Source of the DNA: an uncultured Actinomycetes bacterium | GTDB taxonomy: Bacteria > Actinomycetota > UBA4738 > JBBDTT01 | DNA: 64,000 bases | Direction of reading: 5' to 3' | Assembly: GCA_963742735.1 (NCBI GenBank) | Contig: CAVUMN010000004.1 | Span: 1,280,001-1,344,000 of the forward strand | Shown here: piece after piece, positions 34,118-42,948 of the stretch | Layout: every line of letters starts with the position of its first letter | Numbering within the stretch: the stretch's first letter is position 1 | The notes under the pieces: model-generated | Database searches by the model: none | What the model was told of the DNA's origin: nothing | What the model saw: the letters and a program-made list of their open reading frames with translations, nothing else | Made by a program: the position numbers and the translations under genes

Positions 34118-35275
34118 TTGGAGATCGAGATCGGCAAGGGGAAGACCGCCCGGCGGGCGTACGGCTTCGACGACGTGGCGATCGTCCCGAGCCGGCGAAC
34201 GCGGGATCCCGACGACGTCGACATCAGCTGGGAGATCGACGCGTACCGCTTCGAGCTTCCCCTGATGGCCTCGGCCATGGACGGCGTGGTCAGCGTGGAG
34301 ACCGCCGTCCGCATCGGGCAGATGGGCGGCCTGGCCGTCCTGAACCTGGAGGGCCTTCAGACCCGGTACGAGGAGCCCGACCCCATCCTGGAGGAGATCG
34401 CCGCGCTGTCGCCCGAGAAGGCCACCCGCCGCATGCAGGAGCTCTACCAGGAGCCGATCAAGGACGAGCTCGTGGTTCGCCGGATCAAGGAGGTGAAGGA
34501 GGCGGGCGTCCTCGCCGCGGCCTCGCTCACCCCCCAGCGGACCACCCAGTTCGCGGGCCTGATCCTGGAGGCTGGCCTCGACGTCTTCGTGATCCAGGGC
34601 ACGGTCGTCTCGGCCGAGCACGTCTCGTCCAAGACGGAGCCGCTCAACCTGAAGGAGTTCATCGCCCGGTTCGAGATCCCCGTGATCGTGGGCGGGTGCG
34701 CGTCGTTCTCGACCGCGCTCCACCTCATGCGCACGGGCGCGGCCGGCATCCTGGTCGGGGTCGGCCCCGGGGCCGCGTGCACCACCCGTGGCGTCATCGG
34801 CGTGGGCGTACCCCAGGCCACGGCGATCGCCGACGCGGCCGCCGCGCGCATGGAGCACCTGCGCGAGACCGGCCGGTACTGCCATGTGATCGCCGACGGA
34901 GGCATGCGGACCGGCGGCGACATCGCGAAGGCGATCGCCATGGGAGCCGACGCCGTGATGCTCGGCTCGCCCCTCGCCCGGGCCTACGAGGCGCCCGGCC
35001 GCGGCTACCACTGGGGGATGGCGACGTTCCACCCGAGCCTGCCTCGGGGGACCCGCGTGGCCACCAAGCAGATCGGGACCCTCGAGGAGATCCTGCTCGG
35101 CCCGGCGCACGAGAACGACGGCACGCTGAATCTGTTCGGGGCCCTGCGCATGTCGATGGCCACGACGGGTTACGCCAACGTGAAGGAGTTCCAGAAGGCC
35201 GAGGTGATCGTGGCGCCCGCCATCAAGACCGAGGGGAAGGACCTCCAGCGGGCCCAGCACGTCGGCATGGGGTGA
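34118..35275 (+). CDS. guaB3: GuaB3-family IMP dehydrogenase-related protein
   Basis: [55 protein letters not shown]. Confidence 0.93.
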   Translation: MEIEIGKGKTARRAYGFDDVAIVPSRRTRDPDDVDISWEIDAYRFELPLMASAMDGVVSVETAVRIGQMGGLAVLNLEGLQTRYEEPDPILEEIAALSPEKATRRMQELYQEPIKDELVVRRIKEVKEAGVLAAASLTPQRTTQFAGLILEAGLDVFVIQGTVVSAEHVSSKTEPLNLKEFIARFEIPVIVGGCASFSTALHLMRTGAAGILVGVGPGAACTTRGVIGVGVPQATAIADAAAARMEHLRETGRYCHVIADGGMRTGGDIAKAIAMGADAVMLGSPLARAYEAPGRGYHWGMATFHPSLPRGTRVATKQIGTLEEILLGPAHENDGTLNLFGALRMSMATTGYANVKEFQKAEVIVAPAIKTEGKDLQRAQHVGMG

Positions 35276-35279
35276 GCCG

Positions 35280-36818
35280 GTGACCGACGAGCCGAGGCCC
35301 GTCCTGGTCGTCGACTTCGGCGCGCAGTACGCGCAGCTGATCGCGCGCCGCGTCCGCGAGTGCAACGTCTACTCCGAGATCGTCCCGCACGACATCCCCG
35401 TGGCGGAGCTCCGCCGCCGCCGCCCGGCCGGTCTGATCCTGTCGGGGGGCCCGATGAGCGTGTACGAGGAGGGCGCCCCGCAGCTCAACCCGGAGTTCCT
35501 AGAGACCGGCGTCCCCGTCCTGGGCATCTGTTACGGCCAGCAGGCCATGACCCGGGCGCTGGGAGGCGAGGTGGCCCACAGCGGGATCCGGGAGTACGGC
35601 AAGACCGAACTGACCGTGACGACGCCGGGCGTCCTGCTCCGAGACCTCCCCACCGAGCAGATCGTCTGGATGAGCCACGGCGACGCCGTGACCCGGCCTC
35701 CCGAAGGGTTCCGCCCCACCGCCAGCACCGACGCCTCGCCGGTGGCGGCCATGGAGGACCCCGAGCGCGGACTGTTCGGCGTGCAGTTCCACCCCGAGGT
35801 GGCGCACACCCCGCGCGGGCTCGACGTCATGAAGCGGTTCCTGCACGACGCCTGCGGGCTCCTGCCGGACTGGACGCCGATCACCGTGGTCGAGCGCGCC
35901 GTCGAGCAGGTCCGGGCGCAGGTGGGGGACCAGGAGGTCCTGTGCGCGCTCTCGGGCGGCGTGGACTCGGCGGTGGCGGCACTGCTGGTCCACCGAGCGG
36001 TGGGGGAGCGCCTGACGTGCGTGTTCGTCGACACCGGCCTGCTGCGTCTGGGCGAGCCCGAGCAGGTCGAGGAGACCTTCCGCGGCCACTTCGGCATCGA
36101 CCTGGTGCACGTGAAGGCCGAGGACCGGTTCCTGGGACGACTCGCGGGCGTGACCGACCCGGAGGACAAGCGCAAGGCGATCGGCGAGGAGTTCATCCGG
36201 GTCTTCGAGGAGGTGGCCCGCGATCACACCGGCGCCCGCTTCCTGGTCCAGGGAACCCTGTATCCCGACGTCATCGAGTCCGGGACCCGCGACGCCGCGA
36301 AGATCAAGAGCCACCACAACGTGGGCGGGCTCCCTGAGGACATGGACTTCGACCTGGTCGAGCCCCTGCGCGACCTGTTCAAGGACGAGGTCCGAAAGGT
36401 GGGACAGGAGCTCGGTCTGCCCGAGGAGATCGTGTGGCGCCAGCCGTTCCCCGGTCCGGGCCTGGCGGTGCGCATCATCGGCGAGGTCACCAAGGAGCGC
36501 CTGGAGATCCTCCGCGGGGCCGACGCGGTGGTCCAGGAGGAGATCCGCCGCGCCGGCCTGACCCGGGAGCTGTGGCAGGCGTTCGCGGTGCTCCCGGCGA
36601 TCCGCAGCGTCGGGGTCATGGGCGACGGCCGCACGTACGCCTACCCCATCGCGGTACGCGCGGTCACGAGCGAGGACGCGATGACCGCCGACTGGGCCCG
36701 GCTGCCCTACGAGGTCCTGGAGCGCATCTCCAGCCGGCTGGTGGCCGAGGTGGCCGGGGTCAACCGGGTGGTCTACGACATCTCGTCGAAGCCGCCGTCC
36801 ACCATCGAGTGGGAATGA
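35280..36818 (+). CDS. guaA: GMP synthase (glutamine-hydrolyzing)
   Basis: [52 protein letters not shown]. Confidence 0.98.
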   Translation: MTDEPRPVLVVDFGAQYAQLIARRVRECNVYSEIVPHDIPVAELRRRRPAGLILSGGPMSVYEEGAPQLNPEFLETGVPVLGICYGQQAMTRALGGEVAHSGIREYGKTELTVTTPGVLLRDLPTEQIVWMSHGDAVTRPPEGFRPTASTDASPVAAMEDPERGLFGVQFHPEVAHTPRGLDVMKRFLHDACGLLPDWTPITVVERAVEQVRAQVGDQEVLCALSGGVDSAVAALLVHRAVGERLTCVFVDTGLLRLGEPEQVEETFRGHFGIDLVHVKAEDRFLGRLAGVTDPEDKRKAIGEEFIRVFEEVARDHTGARFLVQGTLYPDVIESGTRDAAKIKSHHNVGGLPEDMDFDLVEPLRDLFKDEVRKVGQELGLPEEIVWRQPFPGPGLAVRIIGEVTKERLEILRGADAVVQEEIRRAGLTRELWQAFAVLPAIRSVGVMGDGRTYAYPIAVRAVTSEDAMTADWARLPYEVLERISSRLVAEVAGVNRVVYDISSKPPSTIEWE

Positions 36819-37090
36819 CCGCCTCGCCGCTGCGGATCCCCGACGACGTGGTGTTCGAGGTGCTCGGGGAGGACACGGTGCTCCTGCAGCTCGAGAGCGG
36901 CGACTACTTCACGCTGAACGGCTCCGCCACGCGGGCGTGGCAGCTCATCGAGGAGCACGGCGACCTGGATCGCGTCCGCCAGGCGATGCTCGCCGAGTAC
37001 GAGGTGCCCCACGACCAGCTGAACGCCGACCTCGACCGGCTTGTGGGAGACCTCGTTGAGCGCGGCCTCCTCGACCGGTCCTCCGGCTGA
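36815..37090 (+). CDS. PqqD-family RiPP recognition element (lasso B1/E protein)
   Basis: 91 aa; [44 protein letters not shown] is the PqqD/RRE pattern; ATG overlaps guaA TGA. Confidence 0.92.
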   Translation: MTASPLRIPDDVVFEVLGEDTVLLQLESGDYFTLNGSATRAWQLIEEHGDLDRVRQAMLAEYEVPHDQLNADLDRLVGDLVERGLLDRSSG

Positions 37091-37556
37091 GCCCCGGCCC
37101 CGGCGCGGCGCGGCCGGGGCGCTGGGCGCCTTCCTCCGACGGACCCCCGGCGAGCGGGCCGCGGTCGTGCGCGCCCTCCCGGCGCTCGCCCGGGTGGAGC
37201 TCGGCCTCCGCGGGCACGCCCCGCTGCCCGAGCTCGCCGCGCGGCTGGGGATCCGACTGGGCACGGATCCCACCGAGCGCCCGCGGCGGGGCGCCCCGCT
37301 CTCGGAGCGCGAGCGGCTGGACGTCGACGCGGCGCGGCGGATGGTGCGGCGGGTCCCCGCCGAGGCCCGGTGCCTCCGCCGCGCGCTCCTGGTCGGCCAC
37401 GCCCTGCGGGCGCGCGACCCGGTGCTCCGGATCGGGGCGGCCAAGCACGACGGCCACATCCACGCCCACGCGTGGATCGAGGTCGGCGGCCAGGTCCCCG
37501 AGGACACCGAGCACGGCGTGACGTTCCTGCCACTCCGACGGGCCCGGGGCTCGTGA
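37056..37556 (+). CDS. Lasso peptide leader peptidase (B2, transglutaminase-like)
   Basis: RCLRRAL (catalytic Cys), LRIGA, HAHAWIE (catalytic His); start TTG 37056 or 37041. Confidence 0.92.
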   Translation: MSAASSTGPPAEPRPRRGAAGALGAFLRRTPGERAAVVRALPALARVELGLRGHAPLPELAARLGIRLGTDPTERPRRGAPLSERERLDVDAARRMVRRVPAEARCLRRALLVGHALRARDPVLRIGAAKHDGHIHAHAWIEVGGQVPEDTEHGVTFLPLRRARGS

Positions 37557-38476
37557 GCGAGGTCTACCTGGTCCACGGGTTCCGGATGGAATCCGACGTG
37601 GAGCTGCCCGCGCCGCGGACGGACGGTCGGGTGGACCTGTCGGTCACGGTGGAGGATCCCCGTCCGGTCGCGGACGCGCCGCCGCCCGGGAGGGTGCTCG
37701 CGTCCGTCGAGGAGGACGGGTTCACCTACACGGTGACCGACGACGGGGGCACCCTGCGGGTGCGGGTGCCTCGCTTCGCCGAATTCGAGGTGGACCCGGA
37801 GCGGCGGCGGGCGCGGATGCATCGCGACCCGTCGGCCGACGCGGGGATCGAGTCGATCCTCATCTGTGGATCCCTCCCGGCGGCCCTGCTCGCCGAGGCG
37901 GGGGCCTGCGTCCTTCACGGGAGCGCGGTCCAAGCCGGCGGCCGCGCGGTCGCCTTCGTCGGTGGTTCCGGCGGGGGCAAGTCCACGCTCGCGGCGGTGC
38001 TGTGCGCCGCGGGCGCCAGGCTGATCACGGACGACCTGCTTCGACTGATCGTGGACGGCGACGAGGTCCGCGCGGCCGCCGGGCCCCCCGAGATCCGGCT
38101 GCGGCCGGCGGCGGCTCAGCTGGCGGCGGGCCTGGCGGGTGAGGCGTCGCAGACCGCGGACGGCCGTACGGCGGTCCGCGTGGAGGAGGGCGCCGAGTCG
38201 CCGCTCGCGACGATCATCATCCCGTCGCCCGATCGTGAGATCGCGGAGGTGCACGCCGAGCGTCTGAGCGGGGCGGAGGCGCTGGTGGAGCTTGGGCGCT
38301 ACCCGCGGGCGGCGGGGTGGCGACCCCCGGAGGTTCGGGCCGCGCGGTTCAGGGCGCTGGCCCAGGTCTCGCGGGCCGTCCCCGTGTTCCGGGCGCGGAT
38401 CCCCTGGGGCCCCCCGTTCGCCGAGGACCTGGCGGAGGCGCTGCTCGGGCTGGCCGGACTCGGGGTGCCACGTTGA
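37553..38476 (+). CDS. HPr-kinase-like lasso peptide kinase
   Basis: LHGSAV, GGSGGGKST P-loop, ITDDLL; located inside the lasso cluster. Confidence 0.85.
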   Translation: MSEVYLVHGFRMESDVELPAPRTDGRVDLSVTVEDPRPVADAPPPGRVLASVEEDGFTYTVTDDGGTLRVRVPRFAEFEVDPERRRARMHRDPSADAGIESILICGSLPAALLAEAGACVLHGSAVQAGGRAVAFVGGSGGGKSTLAAVLCAAGARLITDDLLRLIVDGDEVRAAAGPPEIRLRPAAAQLAAGLAGEASQTADGRTAVRVEEGAESPLATIIIPSPDREIAEVHAERLSGAEALVELGRYPRAAGWRPPEVRAARFRALAQVSRAVPVFRARIPWGPPFAEDLAEALLGLAGLGVPR

Positions 38477-40230
38477 GCCTGCGGCCCCTCAGCGACCTGC
38501 TCGCGGTCCGCTCGCCCGATCCCGGCCGGCTGGAGGCGCTCGAGGGCGAGCTCCGGTCGAGCGGCCGGTTCGCGCAGGTGTGGCGCCCGGCACCCGGCTG
38601 GGTGGTGGCCGCCGCGCCGCTGCCGGACTCGGACGCGGACGGTGAGGCGGTCCGGGGGGCCGGGCTGGCTTTCGTCGAGGGGCGCGAGGTCGTGGGTGCC
38701 GACGATCCCGGCCGGGCGATCGAGATCGCCCACCGCGCGGCGCACGCGCCGGCGACACTCGACGGCCTTCCCGGAGACTTCACGTTCCTGGCGTTCGGCA
38801 CCGATGGCTCGCTGACCGTGGTCCGGGCGGCGGCGGGTCTCGCCCCCCTCTACGTCACGGGGGAGGGGGCGGTGGCCAGCCGGATGGACCTCCTCCTCCG
38901 GTTCGGCCTCGCCGAGCCGGACCTGGACCCGCTGCCGAACGCGATGTGGCTCACGGGTTTCGCGCTGTTCCCCGACGGCCGAAGCCTGATCGCGGGGGTC
39001 CATGTGGTCGAGCGGGGGTCCTACTGGCGCATCGGCCCGGGCGGCGAGCGAAGCTCCGGCGTCTACTGGAATCCGCGCGCGCAGGAGCTGGCCCCGCCAA
39101 CGCCGGCCGTCCTCGAGGAACGGTCGGCGCGCCTCCGGGAGATCCTGGTCGAGCGCCTGACCGCCGACCTCGATCCACGGGAGGGGAACCTGCTGTCGCT
39201 CTCCGGCGGGATGGACTCCTCGTCGCTGCTGGCGCTGGCCGCCGGGACCCTCGGGCTGCCGGTGGCCGCCCTGTCGTTGCTGCCGGAACGGGGTCCCGCG
39301 GTGGACCGTGAGCTCGGCTACATCCGGGCGGCGTCCGAGCGCGGTCCGCTGGCCGAGCACTTCCAGTACCCCATGAGCGTCGAGTTCCGGCGCCGCCTTC
39401 GCCGGTCGGCCCCCGCGGTGGCGGTCCAGTGCCTGCACCCGATCCTGATGGTCCTGCCGGAGGTGCTCGAGCGGTGGCCGGTCCGGGTGCTGTTCGGTGG
39501 CGAGTCGGGGGACGACATCGCCGGCTCGCACTACACGATGGAGGACTGGGTCCACCACACCTCCCTCTCACGCCTGCTGGGCTCCGTCGGGCGGTTCCCG
39601 CACGGGCCCCAGGACGTGGCGCGTTGGCTGAAGTGGCGGTCGGAACGCCTCCGGGGGAGGCCGCGGCTCCCGTTCCCGGATCGCCTGGCGCCGTGGACGC
39701 ACCCGGACGTCCAGACGGAGTACCGGGCGTGGGTCGCCGACCGGCGCCGGGAGCTCCTGGACGACGAGCTGCCCCGGCCGAACTTCGCGATGCGGGACCG
39801 GATGGACGGTTGGCTGGCGATGAACTGGGAGGTGACCGCGACACTCGGCGTGCGGCGGTCGATCCCGTTCTACAACCGGGCGAGCGTCGAGCTGGCCTTC
39901 GGCACCCATCCCCGGACCCTGGTGGGACCGGGTATGAAGCGCCTGCTCAGGCGGGGGCTGGCCGCCGACGTCCCGCGGGTCGTCCTGGAGCGCCCGGACA
40001 AGGGGGGGTGGGGCTCCGCCGTCGAGCCCGAGCCGGCGTCCGTCCCGGAGGAACCGATGGACCTCTCCCTTGGGTCCATCCTGCATCCGAACCGCCTGGC
40101 GTCTCCCTCGCCGCCGGTCGATTCGGCCGAGGCGAGCCGCCTGTCGGTGCTCGTCCGATTCCTGGAGGGGGCGCGGGCGGCCCGTGCGGGTGATCCGACG
40201 GCTTCGCCGCGTGGCGGCGGATCTTCTTGA
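38473..40230 (+). CDS. Lasso peptide cyclase (asparagine-synthetase-like isopeptide synthetase)
   Basis: SLSGGMDSS PP-loop, GGESGD, RSIPFY, KRLLR..VP..ERPDK; no N-terminal catalytic Cys of a true AsnB. Confidence 0.9.
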   Translation: MSLRPLSDLLAVRSPDPGRLEALEGELRSSGRFAQVWRPAPGWVVAAAPLPDSDADGEAVRGAGLAFVEGREVVGADDPGRAIEIAHRAAHAPATLDGLPGDFTFLAFGTDGSLTVVRAAAGLAPLYVTGEGAVASRMDLLLRFGLAEPDLDPLPNAMWLTGFALFPDGRSLIAGVHVVERGSYWRIGPGGERSSGVYWNPRAQELAPPTPAVLEERSARLREILVERLTADLDPREGNLLSLSGGMDSSSLLALAAGTLGLPVAALSLLPERGPAVDRELGYIRAASERGPLAEHFQYPMSVEFRRRLRRSAPAVAVQCLHPILMVLPEVLERWPVRVLFGGESGDDIAGSHYTMEDWVHHTSLSRLLGSVGRFPHGPQDVARWLKWRSERLRGRPRLPFPDRLAPWTHPDVQTEYRAWVADRRRELLDDELPRPNFAMRDRMDGWLAMNWEVTATLGVRRSIPFYNRASVELAFGTHPRTLVGPGMKRLLRRGLAADVPRVVLERPDKGGWGSAVEPEPASVPEEPMDLSLGSILHPNRLASPSPPVDSAEASRLSVLVRFLEGARAARAGDPTASPRGGGSS

Positions 40231-40255
40231 CACTGTTCAGCACAGCCCCTACTGT
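40227..40255 (+). promoter_or_regulatory. Near-consensus promoter dedicated to the lasso precursor gene
   Basis: TTGACA-N17-TACTGT; GAGGAG RBS at 40276-40281. Confidence 0.75.
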
Positions 40256-40289
40256 CCTCGGGACTTCCGGCCCACGAGGAGTTCGCCCC

Positions 40290-40427
40290 ATGGAAAGCCA
40301 GACCGAGCAGGAAGAGGCGCGCAAGCCGTACGAACCCCCGGCCGTGCGTGAGCTCGGCAAGGTCGCGGAGATCACCCACGGGATCAACGCCCTTCCGGGC
40401 AGCGACAACACGGTCGCCAGCGTCTAG
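40290..40427 (+). CDS. Lasso peptide precursor (45 aa; predicted core GINALPGSDNTVASV)
   Basis: Leader YEPPAVRELGKVAEIT-H fits YxxPxL/VxxxGxxxxxT(-2); core starts Gly1 with Asp at position 9. Confidence 0.92.
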   Translation: MESQTEQEEARKPYEPPAVRELGKVAEITHGINALPGSDNTVASV

Positions 40428-40433
40428 AGCTCC

Positions 40434-41495
40434 TCAGCCCGACGCGTCACGGCGCCACACGGCCCGTCCGATCCACGCTCGAAACGCCCTCCAGTCCATG
40501 CGGCCGTTCGCGTCCCTGAACCGGCGCGGATCGAGCCGGCCGATCGCGTAGACCAGGCCCTCACGGGGCCCCAGCTCCCGGATCCTGGCGATCTGCAGCC
40601 GCACGCCTCTGGCGTCGGTCTGGCGGGCTTCCGCGAGCCGCCCCCGTGGCGCCGGCGTGGGCCGGGCCCCCCACCTGGGCTCGCCCAGGGCACGCTCGGC
40701 GGCGGCCAGGGCGTCCTCCAGGGCCCATCCGACCCCGTGGCGCCCCGCGAGCTCCCGCGCGGTCTCGACGTCGCCTGGCAGGCCGAGCTCCACGAAGTCC
40801 ATCACCCACTGGTACCGGAACGTCTCGGGCGGGTGATGGGCCAGGTGGACGGCCAGGGCCATCAGCTGCGCGGGCGCCGAGAGCCTCAGCAGGCCGTCGT
40901 CCCCCGGGTCGGCGTGCGCCGCGAGCGCCGCGTGGTCCAGTCCCCGGGCGCGACGCTCGGCGAACAGCCGCCAGTGCATCTCGACGGCGATCGGCGCGCC
41001 GGGGCCCGGTCGCGTGAAGACCAGGTGGTGGTGATAGCGCAGGGCCGACCGCGTCTCCCACGCGGTCGGCCCCGTGTAGCCGATCCCTTCCAGCGCCGTT
41101 CTCCACGCGGGAAGGTCGTCCACGGGAACCAGGAGGTCGACGTCGACGAACGTCCGGATCGCGGGATCGGCGTAGCGGGAGGCCACCGCGGGCCCCTTCA
41201 GCAGGATGGCCGTCGCGGCCTCGGGCGGAGCGGCCCCCGCCACGCGCCGCGCCTCCAGCCCGAGCACCGTGGCCAGTGCCCGGGCGGAGCCCCAGTCGTC
41301 GCGGAGCCCGGCCAGGACGGGCTCCGGCAGGCGCAGCCCCTCGGCCCTCGAGACCACCAGCCCGGAGAGGCCGTGGCGCGCCGCGCGTCCCCGGAGTGCC
41401 TCCGACGCCCCGGCGCCGAGGGCCCCGGGGTTCCGGCCCCCCACCAGGGCCTCGAGGTACCGGTCCGCCTCGTCCTCGGCCTCGACGGTTCCCAT
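40434..41495 (-). CDS. Uncharacterised nucleotidyltransferase-family protein (NTP_transf_5-like), lasso-associated
   Basis: ILLKG..RY..R.FVDVDLLV..VEMHWRL..LAVHLAHH..WVMD. Confidence 0.85.
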   Translation of the reverse strand: MGTVEAEDEADRYLEALVGGRNPGALGAGASEALRGRAARHGLSGLVVSRAEGLRLPEPVLAGLRDDWGSARALATVLGLEARRVAGAAPPEAATAILLKGPAVASRYADPAIRTFVDVDLLVPVDDLPAWRTALEGIGYTGPTAWETRSALRYHHHLVFTRPGPGAPIAVEMHWRLFAERRARGLDHAALAAHADPGDDGLLRLSAPAQLMALAVHLAHHPPETFRYQWVMDFVELGLPGDVETARELAGRHGVGWALEDALAAAERALGEPRWGARPTPAPRGRLAEARQTDARGVRLQIARIRELGPREGLVYAIGRLDPRRFRDANGRMDWRAFRAWIGRAVWRRDASG

Positions 41496-41501
41496 CCGAT
41501 C

Positions 41502-42296
41502 TCAGTAGTCCGCGATCGCGCCGGTGCGCATCGCCCGGCGGATCGACCAGGCGAGTGCCCCCACGCCCATCCCGGCGAAGGCGACGGCCAGCCCGGCGAG
41601 CGCCGCGACGTCGCCGAGGGACGCGCCCCAGCCGTCGCCCCGGAGGAGGCCGGCCCGCACCAGCCGCAGCGAGTGGGTGAACGGCGAGAGCTCCGAGAGC
41701 GACTCCGCCCAGTTCGGGAGCAGGCTCGCAGGGAACAGGGAGCCGGCGGTGACGGTGAGCAGGCTGACCAGGAACGCGGCGGCGGCCTGCGCCTGCCGGA
41801 ACAGGATCACCAGCGCAGCGGCGACCAGCCCCAGTCCCGCGAACGCGATCGCTCCGGCGACGACCCCGTAGAGGGCGAGGCTCCAGTTGCCCCCGGGCGC
41901 TCGCGCGCCCAGCAGCGCCGCCACGCCGACGTAGAGCGCGGAGCGGCCGGCGGCGTACGCCATCGGGTACGCCGCCATCCCCGCGGCGACGGCTCGGGCC
42001 GGGAGGCCCACCGACAGCGTGGCCTCCAGGGTTCCCTGGACCTGCTCCTGCCGGAAGTTCGCGGACAGGATCGAGACGCCCGCCGCCAGGAAGGACGTGA
42101 GGGCGATGCCCGCCGCGGCGAAGGAGAAATAGCCTCCCGGAACCCGCCCCGGGTCAACCAGGCGCCCGACGAAGACGAACGTGATCAGCAGGAACGCGGC
42201 CGACAGCACCTCGCCGGCGATCAGCGGCAGGGGGTAGGACCACGCCACCCGGGCGTCGCGCCTGACGAAGGCGCCCACCGCGGACCGCGGGCTCAT
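41502..42296 (-). CDS. ABC-2 type exporter permease
   Basis: Six TM segments; RQEQVQGTLE, GSLFP..LP.W..LSPFTH. Confidence 0.88.
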   Translation of the reverse strand: MSPRSAVGAFVRRDARVAWSYPLPLIAGEVLSAAFLLITFVFVGRLVDPGRVPGGYFSFAAAGIALTSFLAAGVSILSANFRQEQVQGTLEATLSVGLPARAVAAGMAAYPMAYAAGRSALYVGVAALLGARAPGGNWSLALYGVVAGAIAFAGLGLVAAALVILFRQAQAAAAFLVSLLTVTAGSLFPASLLPNWAESLSELSPFTHSLRLVRAGLLRGDGWGASLGDVAALAGLAVAFAGMGVGALAWSIRRAMRTGAIADY

Positions 42297-42931
42297 GCCG
42301 GCTCCACGGCGGGCTGCAGCTCCAGCCGGACGTCCGGCTCGGGACCCTCCGCCTCGAGCGGCGCCGCGTACAGCACCACGCCTCCGCCGGACGTCCACGC
42401 CCGGCAGGCCGCCTCGACCGCCGCGCAGCCCGGCCGGTCGAGGTCCGCGTACGGCTCGTCGATCAGGACGACCGGGGGCCGGCCGACGAGGGCCCGGGCG
42501 ATGGCCACCCGTCGCCGCTGGCCCGTCGAGCAGACGCCCATGCGTCGTTCGAGCAGCGGTTCGGCGTCCAGGGCCTTGGCGGCCCAGGCCACGTCCGTGC
42601 CGCCCGCGCCCGAGATCCCGGCGAAGAACTCCAGGTTCGCCCGCCCCGTGAGCCGCCAGTACAGGCCTCGGTCGCCCGCCGGGACGAAGCCGCTCCGCCC
42701 CCGCCCGGGCGGGGCGCCGGCCACCTCGACCCGGCCCGCGTCGGGCAGCAGGACCCCCGCGAGCACCCGTAGCAGCGTGGTCTTGCCCGATCCGTTGGGG
42801 CCCACGAGGGCCGCCAGCGTGCCCGCCTCGAGCCTCACGGAGACGTCGTCCAGGACTCGCCGGGCGCCGAAGCTCCGGGTGACGCCCTCGGCCTCGAGGG
42901 AGCCGGGCGAGGCGGGGCCGGGCCGGTCCAT
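42293..42931 (-). CDS. ABC exporter ATP-binding protein (degenerate Q- and H-loops)
   Basis: GPNGSGKTT Walker A, CSTGQRRR signature, VLIDEP Walker B; LYWRLTGRANLEFF. Confidence 0.88.
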   Translation of the reverse strand: MDRPGPASPGSLEAEGVTRSFGARRVLDDVSVRLEAGTLAALVGPNGSGKTTLLRVLAGVLLPDAGRVEVAGAPPGRGRSGFVPAGDRGLYWRLTGRANLEFFAGISGAGGTDVAWAAKALDAEPLLERRMGVCSTGQRRRVAIARALVGRPPVVLIDEPYADLDRPGCAAVEAACRAWTSGGGVVLYAAPLEAEGPEPDVRLELQPAVEPA

Positions 42932-42938
42932 GCGCCGG

Positions 42939-42948
42939 ATTCTAGAAT
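42939..42948. promoter_or_regulatory. Palindromic bidirectional -10 element (TAGAAT on both strands)
   Basis: ATTCTAGAAT in the 27-nt gap between the divergent ABC ATPase and pcrA starts. Confidence 0.7.

Noticed and set aside
36815-37090. PQQ biosynthesis gene pqqD
   Set aside because: No pqqA/B/C/E nearby; context indicates a lasso RRE.
38473-40230. Asparagine synthetase (asnB)
   Set aside because: No N-terminal Cys glutaminase motif, and it is flanked by RRE, B2 peptidase and a lasso precursor.
40227-40289. 66-aa precursor starting at TTG 40227 (ORF track)
   Set aside because: That TTG is part of the TTGACA -35 box; ATG 40290 has a GAGGAG RBS and gives a typical leader length.
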